Below are positions 37,667 through 46,752 of a DNA stretch of 64,000 bases, piece by piece. The translations under genes were made by a program, and so were the position numbers. Below the pieces are notes generated by a model that searched no databases, was not told the origin of the DNA, and saw only the letters and a program-made list of their open reading frames with translations. Origin of the DNA: Verrucomicrobia subdivision 3 bacterium UBA693 (GTDB lineage: Bacteria; Verrucomicrobiota; Verrucomicrobiia; Limisphaerales; UBA8199); assembly GCA_002298785.1 (NCBI GenBank), contig DBMR01000011.1:84979-148978 (forward strand), given 5' to 3'. The stretch's first letter is position 1, and each line of letters opens with the position of its first letter.

Positions 37667-39739
37667 TCACCGATAAAAGCGGGTGGCCGCATCGGCCGGT
37701 CCCGAGTCTATCCAGAAGAATGGCATTGCCGGCGCGTTGGTGCGCAACAACGTCACCCACGCGCCGATACGGCCCAGGTTGGTGGAAACCTGGATGACAT
37801 AGTCCGGCCCGTAATCTCCATCGATCCGCAGTCCGATCCCGGCATCGGAAATCACGGGCGTATTGAGTTGGGGTTGCGACAGGTTGGTGACGGTAACGAC
37901 GAACCGTTGCGTGGCACTTAAGCTGGGCGACCCGCTGTCTGCCACCACCACGGCCACGGCATTGACGGTGTTCGCCTGAACCACCGCCGGCCGCCACTTG
38001 AACACACCATTCGTGCCATCCAGAAAGGCTCCGGTTGGCGCAGTCAAAAGCGAAAAAGTCAGAGTTTGTCCAGCGTCAGGATCGGAGGCGGTATTCGTAA
38101 CCGCCAGGGACTGACCGGCGCCAATCGAGAAATCCGGCACTGGCGCTAATGTGGGCGGACGGTTCGCCAGGGCGGCGACTTCCACGCTGGTGAGCGCGCG
38201 TCCATACACGCGCGCATCCCGAATAGTGCCCTTAAAATATTCGTCGCCACCCGGAAAATCCGCACCGAGATAAAGCGGTTCGTTGACGACACCAAAGCGC
38301 AGCGTGACGAACGGCTGGTTGGCATCCAACTGGCCATTGAGATAGAAGCGTAACCGGATACCGTCATAGGTCACAGCCGCGTGGCACCATTGCCCGACGC
38401 TCAGTTTCCCCGAGGAATTCCAGGAACCACCGCCAACGCTCCCGGCGGGATTGCCCCAGTTCGCGGTGAAACGCAACGCCCCATCGCTCCAGGTTTCCAG
38501 GGCGAAGGCCGTGCTGTTGCTGCCTTTGGTGATCAGGCCGGCCCAATCCGTGAAAACGTCCGCCCGGACCCAGGCCGCCAGGGTTACCGCGTGTTGCACC
38601 TCGTTGCCCAGCCCTGGACCAGCGTCGACATAGGCGTTGGTGCCGTTGAATCTCAACCCGGGATTCGCCCAAACGGCCCCCCCGTTCAAGGTGGCGAGCC
38701 GACCACACATGATGCTCGCGGTGGTGGTGCCGGTCGTTTGCTCCAGCGAAAATCGCGCGACGAGGAAGTCAGCGTCGTCGGTCGCCGCAGAACCGATGGG
38801 CACCGGCGTGCCGAAATCCGGAAGGTTGGCCACGGTCCACGCGACGCGTTGCGCCCGAATGCGCCGCAGCCCGCCGCAGCCTTCTCCCGAGTTGTTGTTG
38901 GCATGGTAGATATTCCACCACTGTCCGGCGACGTCTTGCAGCACACAATGGTGTCCGGGGCCGTAAGCACCGGGTTGCTTGGTGAACACCGGGCCCGATT
39001 TGGTCCACGAAGCGCGATCCAAAAGATTCGCCCCGGTCAACGTGAGCAACCCCAAGGTGTAATCGTCCGTCCAGCAACCGCTGGCCGAATACGCGATGAA
39101 CAGTTGGCCGTTGCGCTGGAACGCCCAGGGACCTTCGTTGACCTTGGGGTCGCCGATCCGCTCCCAGGGTTGAGTGGGTTCAGAAAGCAGCACCAGTGGC
39201 CCAGCCAAGGTATAGGGATTGCTCATGGGCGCAATGTACAGGTTCTGCGTCGAGCCCTCGTTCCCCGAGCAGATAAAATAAAGTTTGCCGTCGCCGGCGG
39301 TGAACACGCTCCCGTCAATATTCCAAAACGTGTTAAACAAAATGCCGCGATCGGTATAGGGCCCGAGGGCACTGGTGCCCTGGCTTTCAGCAACAAACAC
39401 CCGATGCCCAGCACCCGGATTGCGGCTGTAATAGAGATACCAGCGGTTGTTGAGCCAATGCAATTCCGGGGCCCAGACGTCCGAGTAACCGGGCGCGTAA
39501 ATCGAGTAATCCGAAGCCGTCACCAACCCGCCAATCGAGGCAGATCGGCGCAGATGAATCACGCAGCCATCGCTCTGGACGAGGTTGAATAGACCGTCTT
39601 TCAGAGTCACCGCGGGATCTTGCCCCTGCATGAGGGAGTTCGTGAAACAAGCCCCCCACAGGTTGGCCCCAGCGCCACACACGCACGCGAGCACTGCTAC
39701 CGCTCCCAGGGAGCGCCATGGCCGGGTGAAGGGTCTCAT
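37667..39739 (-). CDS. GH43-family hydrolase fused to LamG-like and cadherin/Ig-like domains with FYR-type tail
   Basis: I prefer the start at MRPFTRPWRSLGAVAVLACVCGAGA (ATG 39739), which overlaps the upstream stop as ATGA. GH43 strings are GQDPAVTLKDGLFNLV, VWAPELHWLNNRWYLYYS, NIDGSVF and NEGPWAFQRNGQLFIAYSA. The LamG segment is LRFNGTNAYVDAG...GTIRDARVYGRAL. The cadherin-like segment is SDPDAGQTLTFSLLTAPTGAFLDGTNGVFKW. The tail is ...YVIQVSTNLGRIGAWVTL...ATRFYR. Confidence 0.85.
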   Translation of the reverse strand: MRPFTRPWRSLGAVAVLACVCGAGANLWGACFTNSLMQGQDPAVTLKDGLFNLVQSDGCVIHLRRSASIGGLVTASDYSIYAPGYSDVWAPELHWLNNRWYLYYSRNPGAGHRVFVAESQGTSALGPYTDRGILFNTFWNIDGSVFTAGDGKLYFICSGNEGSTQNLYIAPMSNPYTLAGPLVLLSEPTQPWERIGDPKVNEGPWAFQRNGQLFIAYSASGCWTDDYTLGLLTLTGANLLDRASWTKSGPVFTKQPGAYGPGHHCVLQDVAGQWWNIYHANNNSGEGCGGLRRIRAQRVAWTVANLPDFGTPVPIGSAATDDADFLVARFSLEQTTGTTTASIMCGRLATLNGGAVWANPGLRFNGTNAYVDAGPGLGNEVQHAVTLAAWVRADVFTDWAGLITKGSNSTAFALETWSDGALRFTANWGNPAGSVGGGSWNSSGKLSVGQWCHAAVTYDGIRLRFYLNGQLDANQPFVTLRFGVVNEPLYLGADFPGGDEYFKGTIRDARVYGRALTSVEVAALANRPPTLAPVPDFSIGAGQSLAVTNTASDPDAGQTLTFSLLTAPTGAFLDGTNGVFKWRPAVVQANTVNAVAVVVADSGSPSLSATQRFVVTVTNLSQPQLNTPVISDAGIGLRIDGDYGPDYVIQVSTNLGRIGAWVTLLRTNAPAMPFFWIDSGPADAATRFYR

Positions 39740-42105
39740 CGCGAAGGAGCGCTCGCCTGCTTTAACAGGCAAACACCAAACACACCGCCCGCCGTGTTGC
39801 CAGGTCGAGGCTGAAACCGGAGAGTGACCTTCGCTTTGCCCCGCGTGAGTTCCGCCGGGATCGGATAGAGCTTTTCAAAAAGTTCATTCGGTCGCGAGGC
39901 CGTCAACTTCTCCGTCGCGAACCGTTGCCCCTCGACGAGCAGGTCAAACTCGCGATTTCCAGCGTCGCTTCCCCAATAGGTTAGTTGCAGTTCCATCGGC
40001 TTGTCCGGGCTCACTTGGACCGTGTACTCGAACCAGCCACCGTCACGGGCGTCGCGCCATTTGGGCGAACCGCCGCCACTGAAGGTACGCTCCCCCTTGA
40101 AAGCATGGTCGACCTCGGATTGCTGTTCGCCCGGTTTGACATCGTCCACGATGCGCGCCTGAAACGCTTTTCGAGCGGCAGCCGCAGCCGCCAACTCGGC
40201 TGTCTTACGCTTCCAATCTGCAGGGGTAAAGGTCTCGAAATACACCGCGTAACGCTGATGATGCGCGCGCCAGAACGGAATGAGAGTCACCTCATGTGGC
40301 TGCACCATCCGGGTAGTCCGAAACGTCAGGGGCTGACCGGATACCGGCTGAAGATGATCGAGCCACCGCCCGTTCTCCGCCACAAAATAGGGAATCACCG
40401 GGGCCGGGATGTTACGCAAAACGTTTTCGTTTTGATCCGTTTGGCAGAGATCAAGCCCCGTTAGTCCTTCCGTGCCCAGTTCGGCAGCCAACACAATGGG
40501 GCCATAGGCCAACGCCAGAATGTTCGTCGCGTGCGGCAGCGGCGCCGTTCGCAACGCCATCGGCAGGCGCACCTCCACGTGGTCCCCATCGCGCCACTCG
40601 CGGGTCAACGCGGCGTAGCCGGCTTCCACCGCGGGTCGGGCAGACTGGCCATTTACCCGGATCACCATCGAACCGGCCAGCCAGGACGGCTGCCGAATCT
40701 TGAGCGCAAACTTTGTCGGGGCCTGGGCGGAGACAGTGAATCTGGTTTGGTCGGTTTCCGGGAATTTGGTCTCCTGACGCAGCGTGACACCCCTGTCAGA
40801 CCAGGTCATTTCTGAAGGGATGAAGAGGTTCACCCAAAGCGTATTGGAAGACTGCGCATAAATGGTGCGCCCGTATTTGCTGTGGTTTTCGATTCCAGTT
40901 CCCAGGCAACACCAAAACGCATTGGTCGGGTTTGAATAGATCTTGAAACCACCCGGTTTCAACGCCTGGAAATAAGTGAACATACCGGTGCGCGGATCCT
41001 GTGAACCGAGGATCTGGTTGTAGAGCGCCTGCTCGTAATAATCCATCCAGCGCGCCGCCGGAGCCCAAGCGAACAGATGCTCGGTGAGCTTGAGCATGTT
41101 ATATGTGTTGCAGGTCTCGCAGGTGGCGGAGCTGAGATGCGCGCGAGTCTGTTCCGGCGGGAAGAAGTGCTCGCTATCGCTGTTGCCTCCGATCGCGTAA
41201 GTCCGGTTCGTCACCACGAACCACCAGAAATTCTCCGCTACGCGCTGAAAATAAGCATCGCCCGAGGCTTCATAGAGGCGGGCCGCCCCCGTCATCTTGG
41301 GAATCTGGGTATTGGCGTGAAGCCCATTCAGGCGATCTTCGCCGCGCGCCAGAGGGTCCATCACCAGGTGGTGGCAGAAGCGTTTGGCCAATTCGAGATG
41401 CTGCGGGTCCCCGGTCAGCAAGTAGATATCGGCGAGCACCTCCGCCATGCCGCCGTGCTCGTTCCCCAGCATCGTTTCCATTTCCTGGGGACTCAAATCG
41501 TGCGTAACGGCTTCAGCCCAACCGGCCAATCGGATCATCACCGCCTTCGCTTGTTCGTTCCCGCACAACACATAGGCATCCCGCAGACCGGCGAAGAGCT
41601 TGTGCATGGTGTACCACGGTGCCCACCCCTCGAGGCGGCCATCGCGCTGCTTCAGCCCATGGAACAGGGCGCGTCCGTTCGGGATGGCCGCCACGAAGCC
41701 GTTCGGATCACGCGCCTGGCAGCGGCTGAGTTCACCCACGATATAGTTCACCCGCTCCAGGAAACGCTGATCGCCCGTGGCGCGATATTGCTGCGCCAAA
41801 GCCGTCAGGTAATGCCCGAGCGATTGCCCGGCCACACCTTGCGATTCCCAGCCGCCATACCGCGGAGCTTTGGGGGGCAGGCCCGCGTTCTGGAGCATTC
41901 CCGAAAGCAGACGGTCCGGATCCAGGGACAGGAGATATTTCGCATTCAACTCCATGGCGACCTTGAAGGGACCATCGAGGAGTCGAACATCGCGCAGATC
42001 GGGAGCCGAAGCCGTGAGGGGGACGGCCAGTTCGACCGCTGAAGCCAGGGCCACCAGGCAGATCAAAGCGGCCCCCATCGCGAACGGATACAGTAATCTC
42101 TTCAC
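39736..42105 (-). CDS. GH127 beta-L-arabinofuranosidase (DUF1680 family)
   Basis: 789 aa, signal peptide MKRLLYPFAMGAALICLVALASA. The N-terminal string is VRLLDGPFKVAMELNAKYLLSLDPDRLLSGMLQNAGL. The zinc/nucleophile motifs are SATCETCNTYNMLKL (E-x-C) and FWCCLGTGIENHSKYG (CC). Confidence 0.88.
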   Translation of the reverse strand: MKRLLYPFAMGAALICLVALASAVELAVPLTASAPDLRDVRLLDGPFKVAMELNAKYLLSLDPDRLLSGMLQNAGLPPKAPRYGGWESQGVAGQSLGHYLTALAQQYRATGDQRFLERVNYIVGELSRCQARDPNGFVAAIPNGRALFHGLKQRDGRLEGWAPWYTMHKLFAGLRDAYVLCGNEQAKAVMIRLAGWAEAVTHDLSPQEMETMLGNEHGGMAEVLADIYLLTGDPQHLELAKRFCHHLVMDPLARGEDRLNGLHANTQIPKMTGAARLYEASGDAYFQRVAENFWWFVVTNRTYAIGGNSDSEHFFPPEQTRAHLSSATCETCNTYNMLKLTEHLFAWAPAARWMDYYEQALYNQILGSQDPRTGMFTYFQALKPGGFKIYSNPTNAFWCCLGTGIENHSKYGRTIYAQSSNTLWVNLFIPSEMTWSDRGVTLRQETKFPETDQTRFTVSAQAPTKFALKIRQPSWLAGSMVIRVNGQSARPAVEAGYAALTREWRDGDHVEVRLPMALRTAPLPHATNILALAYGPIVLAAELGTEGLTGLDLCQTDQNENVLRNIPAPVIPYFVAENGRWLDHLQPVSGQPLTFRTTRMVQPHEVTLIPFWRAHHQRYAVYFETFTPADWKRKTAELAAAAAARKAFQARIVDDVKPGEQQSEVDHAFKGERTFSGGGSPKWRDARDGGWFEYTVQVSPDKPMELQLTYWGSDAGNREFDLLVEGQRFATEKLTASRPNELFEKLYPIPAELTRGKAKVTLRFQPRPGNTAGGVFGVCLLKQASAPSR

Positions 42106-42119
42106 GGAATTGCCCGTAA

Positions 42120-44387
42120 TTAAGGCTGCACCAATATCGCCAGGTCGATCAGTTGACCACCGGCGGTTTGGTGAGTGTGAATGGCGAGCGTGTTGCGGCC
42201 TTTCTTGAGCGCCTGCCGGAGCGTCGTGGTCACCTCGAAGGCCTCATAAGCGTTGTTGAACCCTCCCCGGCTCCAAATCTTCTTCCCATTCACATACACC
42301 TCGGTGTCCTCGTCATGAAAGATTACCAGGGCAGCGGCGCTCAGCTCGGTGGTGGCAGATTCGAACCTGCCGCGCAGCCAGATGTCACTGGTCTTCCAGG
42401 ACGTCCGGGCGTTGGGGAAATTTCCAAAGGGCGCCAATCCTTCCGACCAGGCGCCGTCGTTGAATCCTTCCGTATTCCAATCCACCGCCGGGGTCTCGAG
42501 GGTAAAGCGATACGGCTTGTTCAGGTTGCCGTCCGGCGCCGCTCCCACCAGCACGCTCCAGTCCCGGGGCGCTTTATCGGCCGGTTTCGGGCTGATCGGG
42601 CCGGTGATTTCATACGCCGCCCGCCGGGAAGTGGCCGCATGCAGCCGTTGGGTGTCGAACTTGGGGCGGCGGTCATAATAATACAAGCCATTGTGCTCCT
42701 GCTCCACATCCGTGAGTTGCGTGTAACAAAAGCCGAACATGTCGGGATTATCGAGCAACGCGCTCACCAGTCCTTCATAGCGGGTGTAAAACTCCTCGAT
42801 CGATTTCGGACCGGCGCCATAACCCCAGCCGCCTTCAGTCGCCCAGCCGATGCCCCCAAATTCACTCACCATGAAAGGCACACCCACGTCCCGGCCGGAC
42901 GCACCCACACCATATCGTGACGGTATCGGAACCGAAGTATTACCGGCAAAGAAGTCCAGCCACCGCTTTTTGAAGCTGGCGGGGTCCTGATTATAGTCGT
43001 GATCATCCCGCACTTCGGGGGCCTTGATGGTGTGGGCCCAGCCGCTGGTTTCCAGCACGGGCCGCGTGGGGTCGATGGCCCTGGTTTCGTGCAGGATCAG
43101 GTTCTGAATTTCACCGGCCACGGCTGGCGTTTCGTTGAACGGACACCACCCGACGATGGCGGGGTGATTGCGGTCACGCTGCAGAATCTCCGTCCATTCA
43201 TTGATTACGTTCGCATAATTCGCCGGTTCATAATTGAAACCCCAGTTGGGGAATTCGCCCCACACCAGGTAGCCCAACTTGTCCGCCCAATAGAGGAAAC
43301 GCGGTTCGAAAACCTTTTGGTGCAATCGGGCGCCGTTGTAGCCGGCCGCCATGCTCAATTCGATGTCGTGCTTGAGGGCCTCATCCGAAGGCGCGGTCCA
43401 GATGCCATCCGGATAAAATCCCTGGTCGAGGATCAACCGTTGGAAGACTGGCTTATCGTTAATCAGGATCGCGCGGCCGCGGATGGAAACCTTGCGCAGC
43501 CCGAAGTAGCTCGCCACCTGGTCCACCACTTTCCCGCCGCGCGTGAGCGTGAACTTGAGGTCGTAAAGAAACGGCGATCCAATTTCCCACAGGTGCTTCT
43601 GCTTGAGATCAAGCACCAGCCGATTCTCACGCCAGGAAGCCGGGCGGGATTCTTTGCCGACCGACTTGCCGTTGGCGAACGCTTCCACCGCAAGGACCAG
43701 ATTGGTGTCACCGTCATTAATGGCGGCGTCGATCAGCACCCGCGAGCGATCGGGATCAGGCACGATGGAAAACCCTTCCACGAAAGAGTCACCCACGGCC
43801 TCTAGCCAAACCGGCTGCCAGATGCCGGTGGTGCGAGTATAAACGCAGCCTTCGCTGACGCTGTGCGTCTGTTTACCGGTCGGTTGCCGCCCGCTCGCGG
43901 TATCGTCGAAAGCGCGCAGGACCACCTCGTTGCTTCCGACCCGTAGCCAGCGGGTGATGTCGAACGCAAACGCGACATTGCCACCCACATGCGTGCCCGC
44001 CAACTGGCCGTTCACCCACACCCACGCCTGATAGTCCACGCCCCCAAAATGCAGCCGAATCCGCTTACCCTGCATCTTCGCCGGAACTTCGAACGTCCGC
44101 CGATACCAAACATTCTTCATCATGTCATAATGGCCGATCCCGCTTAGCTTGCTTTCCGGACAGAAGGGCACCGTGATCTTCGATCCCAGCGGCTTTCCGG
44201 AAATTAGTCCGCGCTGGCTGCCGTCACCCTGGGCATCGATCTCAAATTCCCACTCCCCATTCAGCGTCACCCAGTTCTCGCGGAACGCGTCCGGACGCGG
44301 ATGCTCCGGGCGCGGCACCGCCACGGCCGTAAAGGCTGCCAGGACCACCAGGCTGGACCAACCGGCGATTGCGTTCTTAATTCTCAT
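42120..44387 (-). CDS. GH2 glycosidase with C-terminal ~135-aa beta-sandwich module
   Basis: I prefer the start at MRIKNAIAGWSSLVVLAAFTAVAVP (ATG 44387). GH2 strings are HPRPDAFRENWVTLNGEWEF, VWYRRTFEVP, LHFGGVDYQAWVWVNGQLAG, NHPAIVGWCPFNE and MVSEFGG. The module is at nt 42123-42518. Confidence 0.85.
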   Translation of the reverse strand: MRIKNAIAGWSSLVVLAAFTAVAVPRPEHPRPDAFRENWVTLNGEWEFEIDAQGDGSQRGLISGKPLGSKITVPFCPESKLSGIGHYDMMKNVWYRRTFEVPAKMQGKRIRLHFGGVDYQAWVWVNGQLAGTHVGGNVAFAFDITRWLRVGSNEVVLRAFDDTASGRQPTGKQTHSVSEGCVYTRTTGIWQPVWLEAVGDSFVEGFSIVPDPDRSRVLIDAAINDGDTNLVLAVEAFANGKSVGKESRPASWRENRLVLDLKQKHLWEIGSPFLYDLKFTLTRGGKVVDQVASYFGLRKVSIRGRAILINDKPVFQRLILDQGFYPDGIWTAPSDEALKHDIELSMAAGYNGARLHQKVFEPRFLYWADKLGYLVWGEFPNWGFNYEPANYANVINEWTEILQRDRNHPAIVGWCPFNETPAVAGEIQNLILHETRAIDPTRPVLETSGWAHTIKAPEVRDDHDYNQDPASFKKRWLDFFAGNTSVPIPSRYGVGASGRDVGVPFMVSEFGGIGWATEGGWGYGAGPKSIEEFYTRYEGLVSALLDNPDMFGFCYTQLTDVEQEHNGLYYYDRRPKFDTQRLHAATSRRAAYEITGPISPKPADKAPRDWSVLVGAAPDGNLNKPYRFTLETPAVDWNTEGFNDGAWSEGLAPFGNFPNARTSWKTSDIWLRGRFESATTELSAAALVIFHDEDTEVYVNGKKIWSRGGFNNAYEAFEVTTTLRQALKKGRNTLAIHTHQTAGGQLIDLAILVQP

Positions 44388-44454
44388 ATTCTCAGTTATA
44401 GTGTTCGATTTCAGTAAAGTGTTCGGGCCGGCGATGCGCCGCGGGAGCGTTCGG

Positions 44455-46734
44455 TCATTTGCCCTCATGGGCGCTGGTGGGCGTTTTCGGCTTCATAATC
44501 AACAACCCCACATCGATCCCCTGCCCACCGCTGGTTTGATGACAGTGCACGGCCAGGGTATTGGTGCCGGTATGAAGCGCGGCCAGGGCTTCAGCGGAGA
44601 GCACTGCATCCACGTAATCCCCATAAAAACCGGCAAGCTTCGCCGCCAGCACCCCGTTCACGTAAATTTCCGCATCCTCATCATGGTAAACCCGCAGCTT
44701 CATAACGCCCTGCGGGAGTGCATCCAGGGAAAATTCGCGCCGCAACCAAATGTCAGCGGTATCCCAAACAGTGTTGACGCGCGCGCCCGGCGTGCCCGGC
44801 GAACCGAATCCACCCGGTCCTTCCTTCCAGCCGGAAGCTTTGAAGTCTGCTTTTGGCCAATCGTCGGGGGGGGGGTGGGTTGTGTATTTCCAAATGGTGC
44901 GACCAAACACCGCATCCGGCAGCACGATCTTCATGGGCCGACCTCCCCACTCGCCGTGGTTCGCCGCCAGCATGATCGCCGGATCGATCTTGGCCACCGC
45001 ACGGTCATAAGTAAGCAAACCGTTGCACTCCGTCTCAACGTCAGTGGTCTGCGTGTAAATAGCCGCGCTCAAGCCCCGCAAGTCGTGGAGCGCCCAAACC
45101 TGGTCCAGCAACGAAGCATACCGCACCTCGAGTTCCTTGCGACTGTCCAACATCAGGTAACCCCAACAGCGCGAAGACCAGGAATGGCCGTCGATCGGCA
45201 GTCCCAAACCACCGAACTCACCCAGGACCGCCGCCCGCCTCGCCTCCGGTTCGGGCGAATCCGGTCCGGGATAACTGTGCGCATCGATGAAATCGCCGAC
45301 ATGCATGTCGGTCCAACCGCTGGCATTATTCACCAGGCGTGAGGGATCGAGCGTCTTCAGCCATTGCGTCAGGCGTTCGGTGTCATATTGACCCCAACCT
45401 TCATTGAACAGCACCCAGGCAATAATCGACGGATGGTTTTCCAGATCCCCGACCATTTGCAGCAATTCAGTTTCAAATTCCTTCCGGCCCTCCGGCCGGG
45501 CATTGTTGCCGCTGGGCATGTCCTGCCAAACCAGCAAACCCATTTTGTCACACCAGTAATACCAGCGATCCGGCTCGACCTTGACGTGCTTGCGCGTCAG
45601 GTTAAACCCGGATTTCTTCAGGAATTCGATATCCGATCGCAACGCTTCGTCCGTCGGCGCCGTACAAATTCCATCCGGCCAATACCCCTGGTCGAGGGTC
45701 CCAACCTGAAAAACGAATTCGTCGTTTAAAGCGATGCGTGTAATTCCCAGCGCGTCTTTGCGCAGCGCCACTTTCCTCAGACCGAAGTAGCTGGAGACTG
45801 AATCGACGGGATGCCCGTTCTCCCGAACCGTTACTTTCAAATCGTAAAGAAAAGGGTTGTCCGGAGTCCACAAACGCACTTCTGCGAGAGGCAAAACCAG
45901 GTCTTCATTCGCCGAACCCACGATCCGGCCGGCCTCTTTGCCTTCGGCCAGCGCGACGGCTTCGACCCGGAGGCTTTCGGAAAGGTTGCCCACCGCCACC
46001 CGCAGCCGCAACGATTTCGCATCCACGTCCGGCGTGAGTTTGAGGCGATCCACGCCTCCGGTCGGCACCGGTTCGAGCCACGCGGTTTGCCAGATGCCCG
46101 AGTGGGGCATGTAGAAAATCCCCTCCGGTTTGCGTGATTGTTTGCCGCGCGGCTGATCACCCTCGGTCGGATCGGACACCGCCACCACCAATTCCTCGTC
46201 CCCGTTCCAGCGCAATTGATCGGTAATGTCGAAACCAAATCGATCATAACCGCCGCGATGCTGGCCGACCTCATGGCCATTGACCAGCACGCGCGTATGC
46301 CAATCCACGGCGCCGAAATGCAGTCGCACCCGTTGTCCGCGCCATGGGGCAGGAATCGCCAGGCGGCGCTGGTACCACAACGCGCTGTTTTCATCCAACC
46401 GGCTCATCACTCCAGACAAAGCGGATTCCACGGGAAACGGCACCAGGATCCGTCCGGTGTACGTGATCGGCACGCTGGAAGTCAGGGGGACGATCGCATA
46501 GTTCCACAGGCCGTTGAGATTCACCCATTCTTTCCGAGCCAACTGGGGCCGCGGGTATTCCGGCAGCACGTTGGTGGGATTGACCTGAGCAGCCCATCGG
46601 GTCAGCAACGGACCCCGCGCCACCTGCCAGGAGGCGGCCTCGCCCCAACTCGCGCTCAGGCTGCCGAGCAGGACAAATGCCGCCACGGCATAACGCGCCG
46701 CCCAATGAATGGAGCACAAGGTCACAGTGGGCAT
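44455..46734 (-). CDS. GH2 glycosidase with C-terminal ~135-aa beta-sandwich module
   Basis: I prefer the start at MPTVTLCSIHWAARYAVAAFVLLGSLSASWG (ATG 46734), because the longer track ORF reads through the regulatory element. GH2 strings are YPRPQLARKEWVNLNGLWNY, LWYQRRLAIP, LHFGAVDWHTRVLVNGHEVGQHRGGYD, NHPSIIAWVLFNEGWG and VLGEFGG. The module is at nt 44458-44898. Confidence 0.85.
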   Translation of the reverse strand: MPTVTLCSIHWAARYAVAAFVLLGSLSASWGEAASWQVARGPLLTRWAAQVNPTNVLPEYPRPQLARKEWVNLNGLWNYAIVPLTSSVPITYTGRILVPFPVESALSGVMSRLDENSALWYQRRLAIPAPWRGQRVRLHFGAVDWHTRVLVNGHEVGQHRGGYDRFGFDITDQLRWNGDEELVVAVSDPTEGDQPRGKQSRKPEGIFYMPHSGIWQTAWLEPVPTGGVDRLKLTPDVDAKSLRLRVAVGNLSESLRVEAVALAEGKEAGRIVGSANEDLVLPLAEVRLWTPDNPFLYDLKVTVRENGHPVDSVSSYFGLRKVALRKDALGITRIALNDEFVFQVGTLDQGYWPDGICTAPTDEALRSDIEFLKKSGFNLTRKHVKVEPDRWYYWCDKMGLLVWQDMPSGNNARPEGRKEFETELLQMVGDLENHPSIIAWVLFNEGWGQYDTERLTQWLKTLDPSRLVNNASGWTDMHVGDFIDAHSYPGPDSPEPEARRAAVLGEFGGLGLPIDGHSWSSRCWGYLMLDSRKELEVRYASLLDQVWALHDLRGLSAAIYTQTTDVETECNGLLTYDRAVAKIDPAIMLAANHGEWGGRPMKIVLPDAVFGRTIWKYTTHPPPDDWPKADFKASGWKEGPGGFGSPGTPGARVNTVWDTADIWLRREFSLDALPQGVMKLRVYHDEDAEIYVNGVLAAKLAGFYGDYVDAVLSAEALAALHTGTNTLAVHCHQTSGGQGIDVGLLIMKPKTPTSAHEGK

Positions 46735-46752
46735 CGTGTCAGAATGTCCCGG

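Noticed and set aside
4027-37876. Interpreting the FYR-type tails as PEP-CTERM, LPXTG/sortase, GPI-like or Bacteroidota T9SS C-terminal domains.
   Set aside because: There is no PEP or LPXTG tripeptide, and no terminal hydrophobic helix followed by basic residues. The tails end 0-6 residues after the aromatic-aromatic-basic motif. The sequence pattern does not resemble T9SS CTD motifs as I know them, and no T9SS genes are in the window. A database check is still needed.
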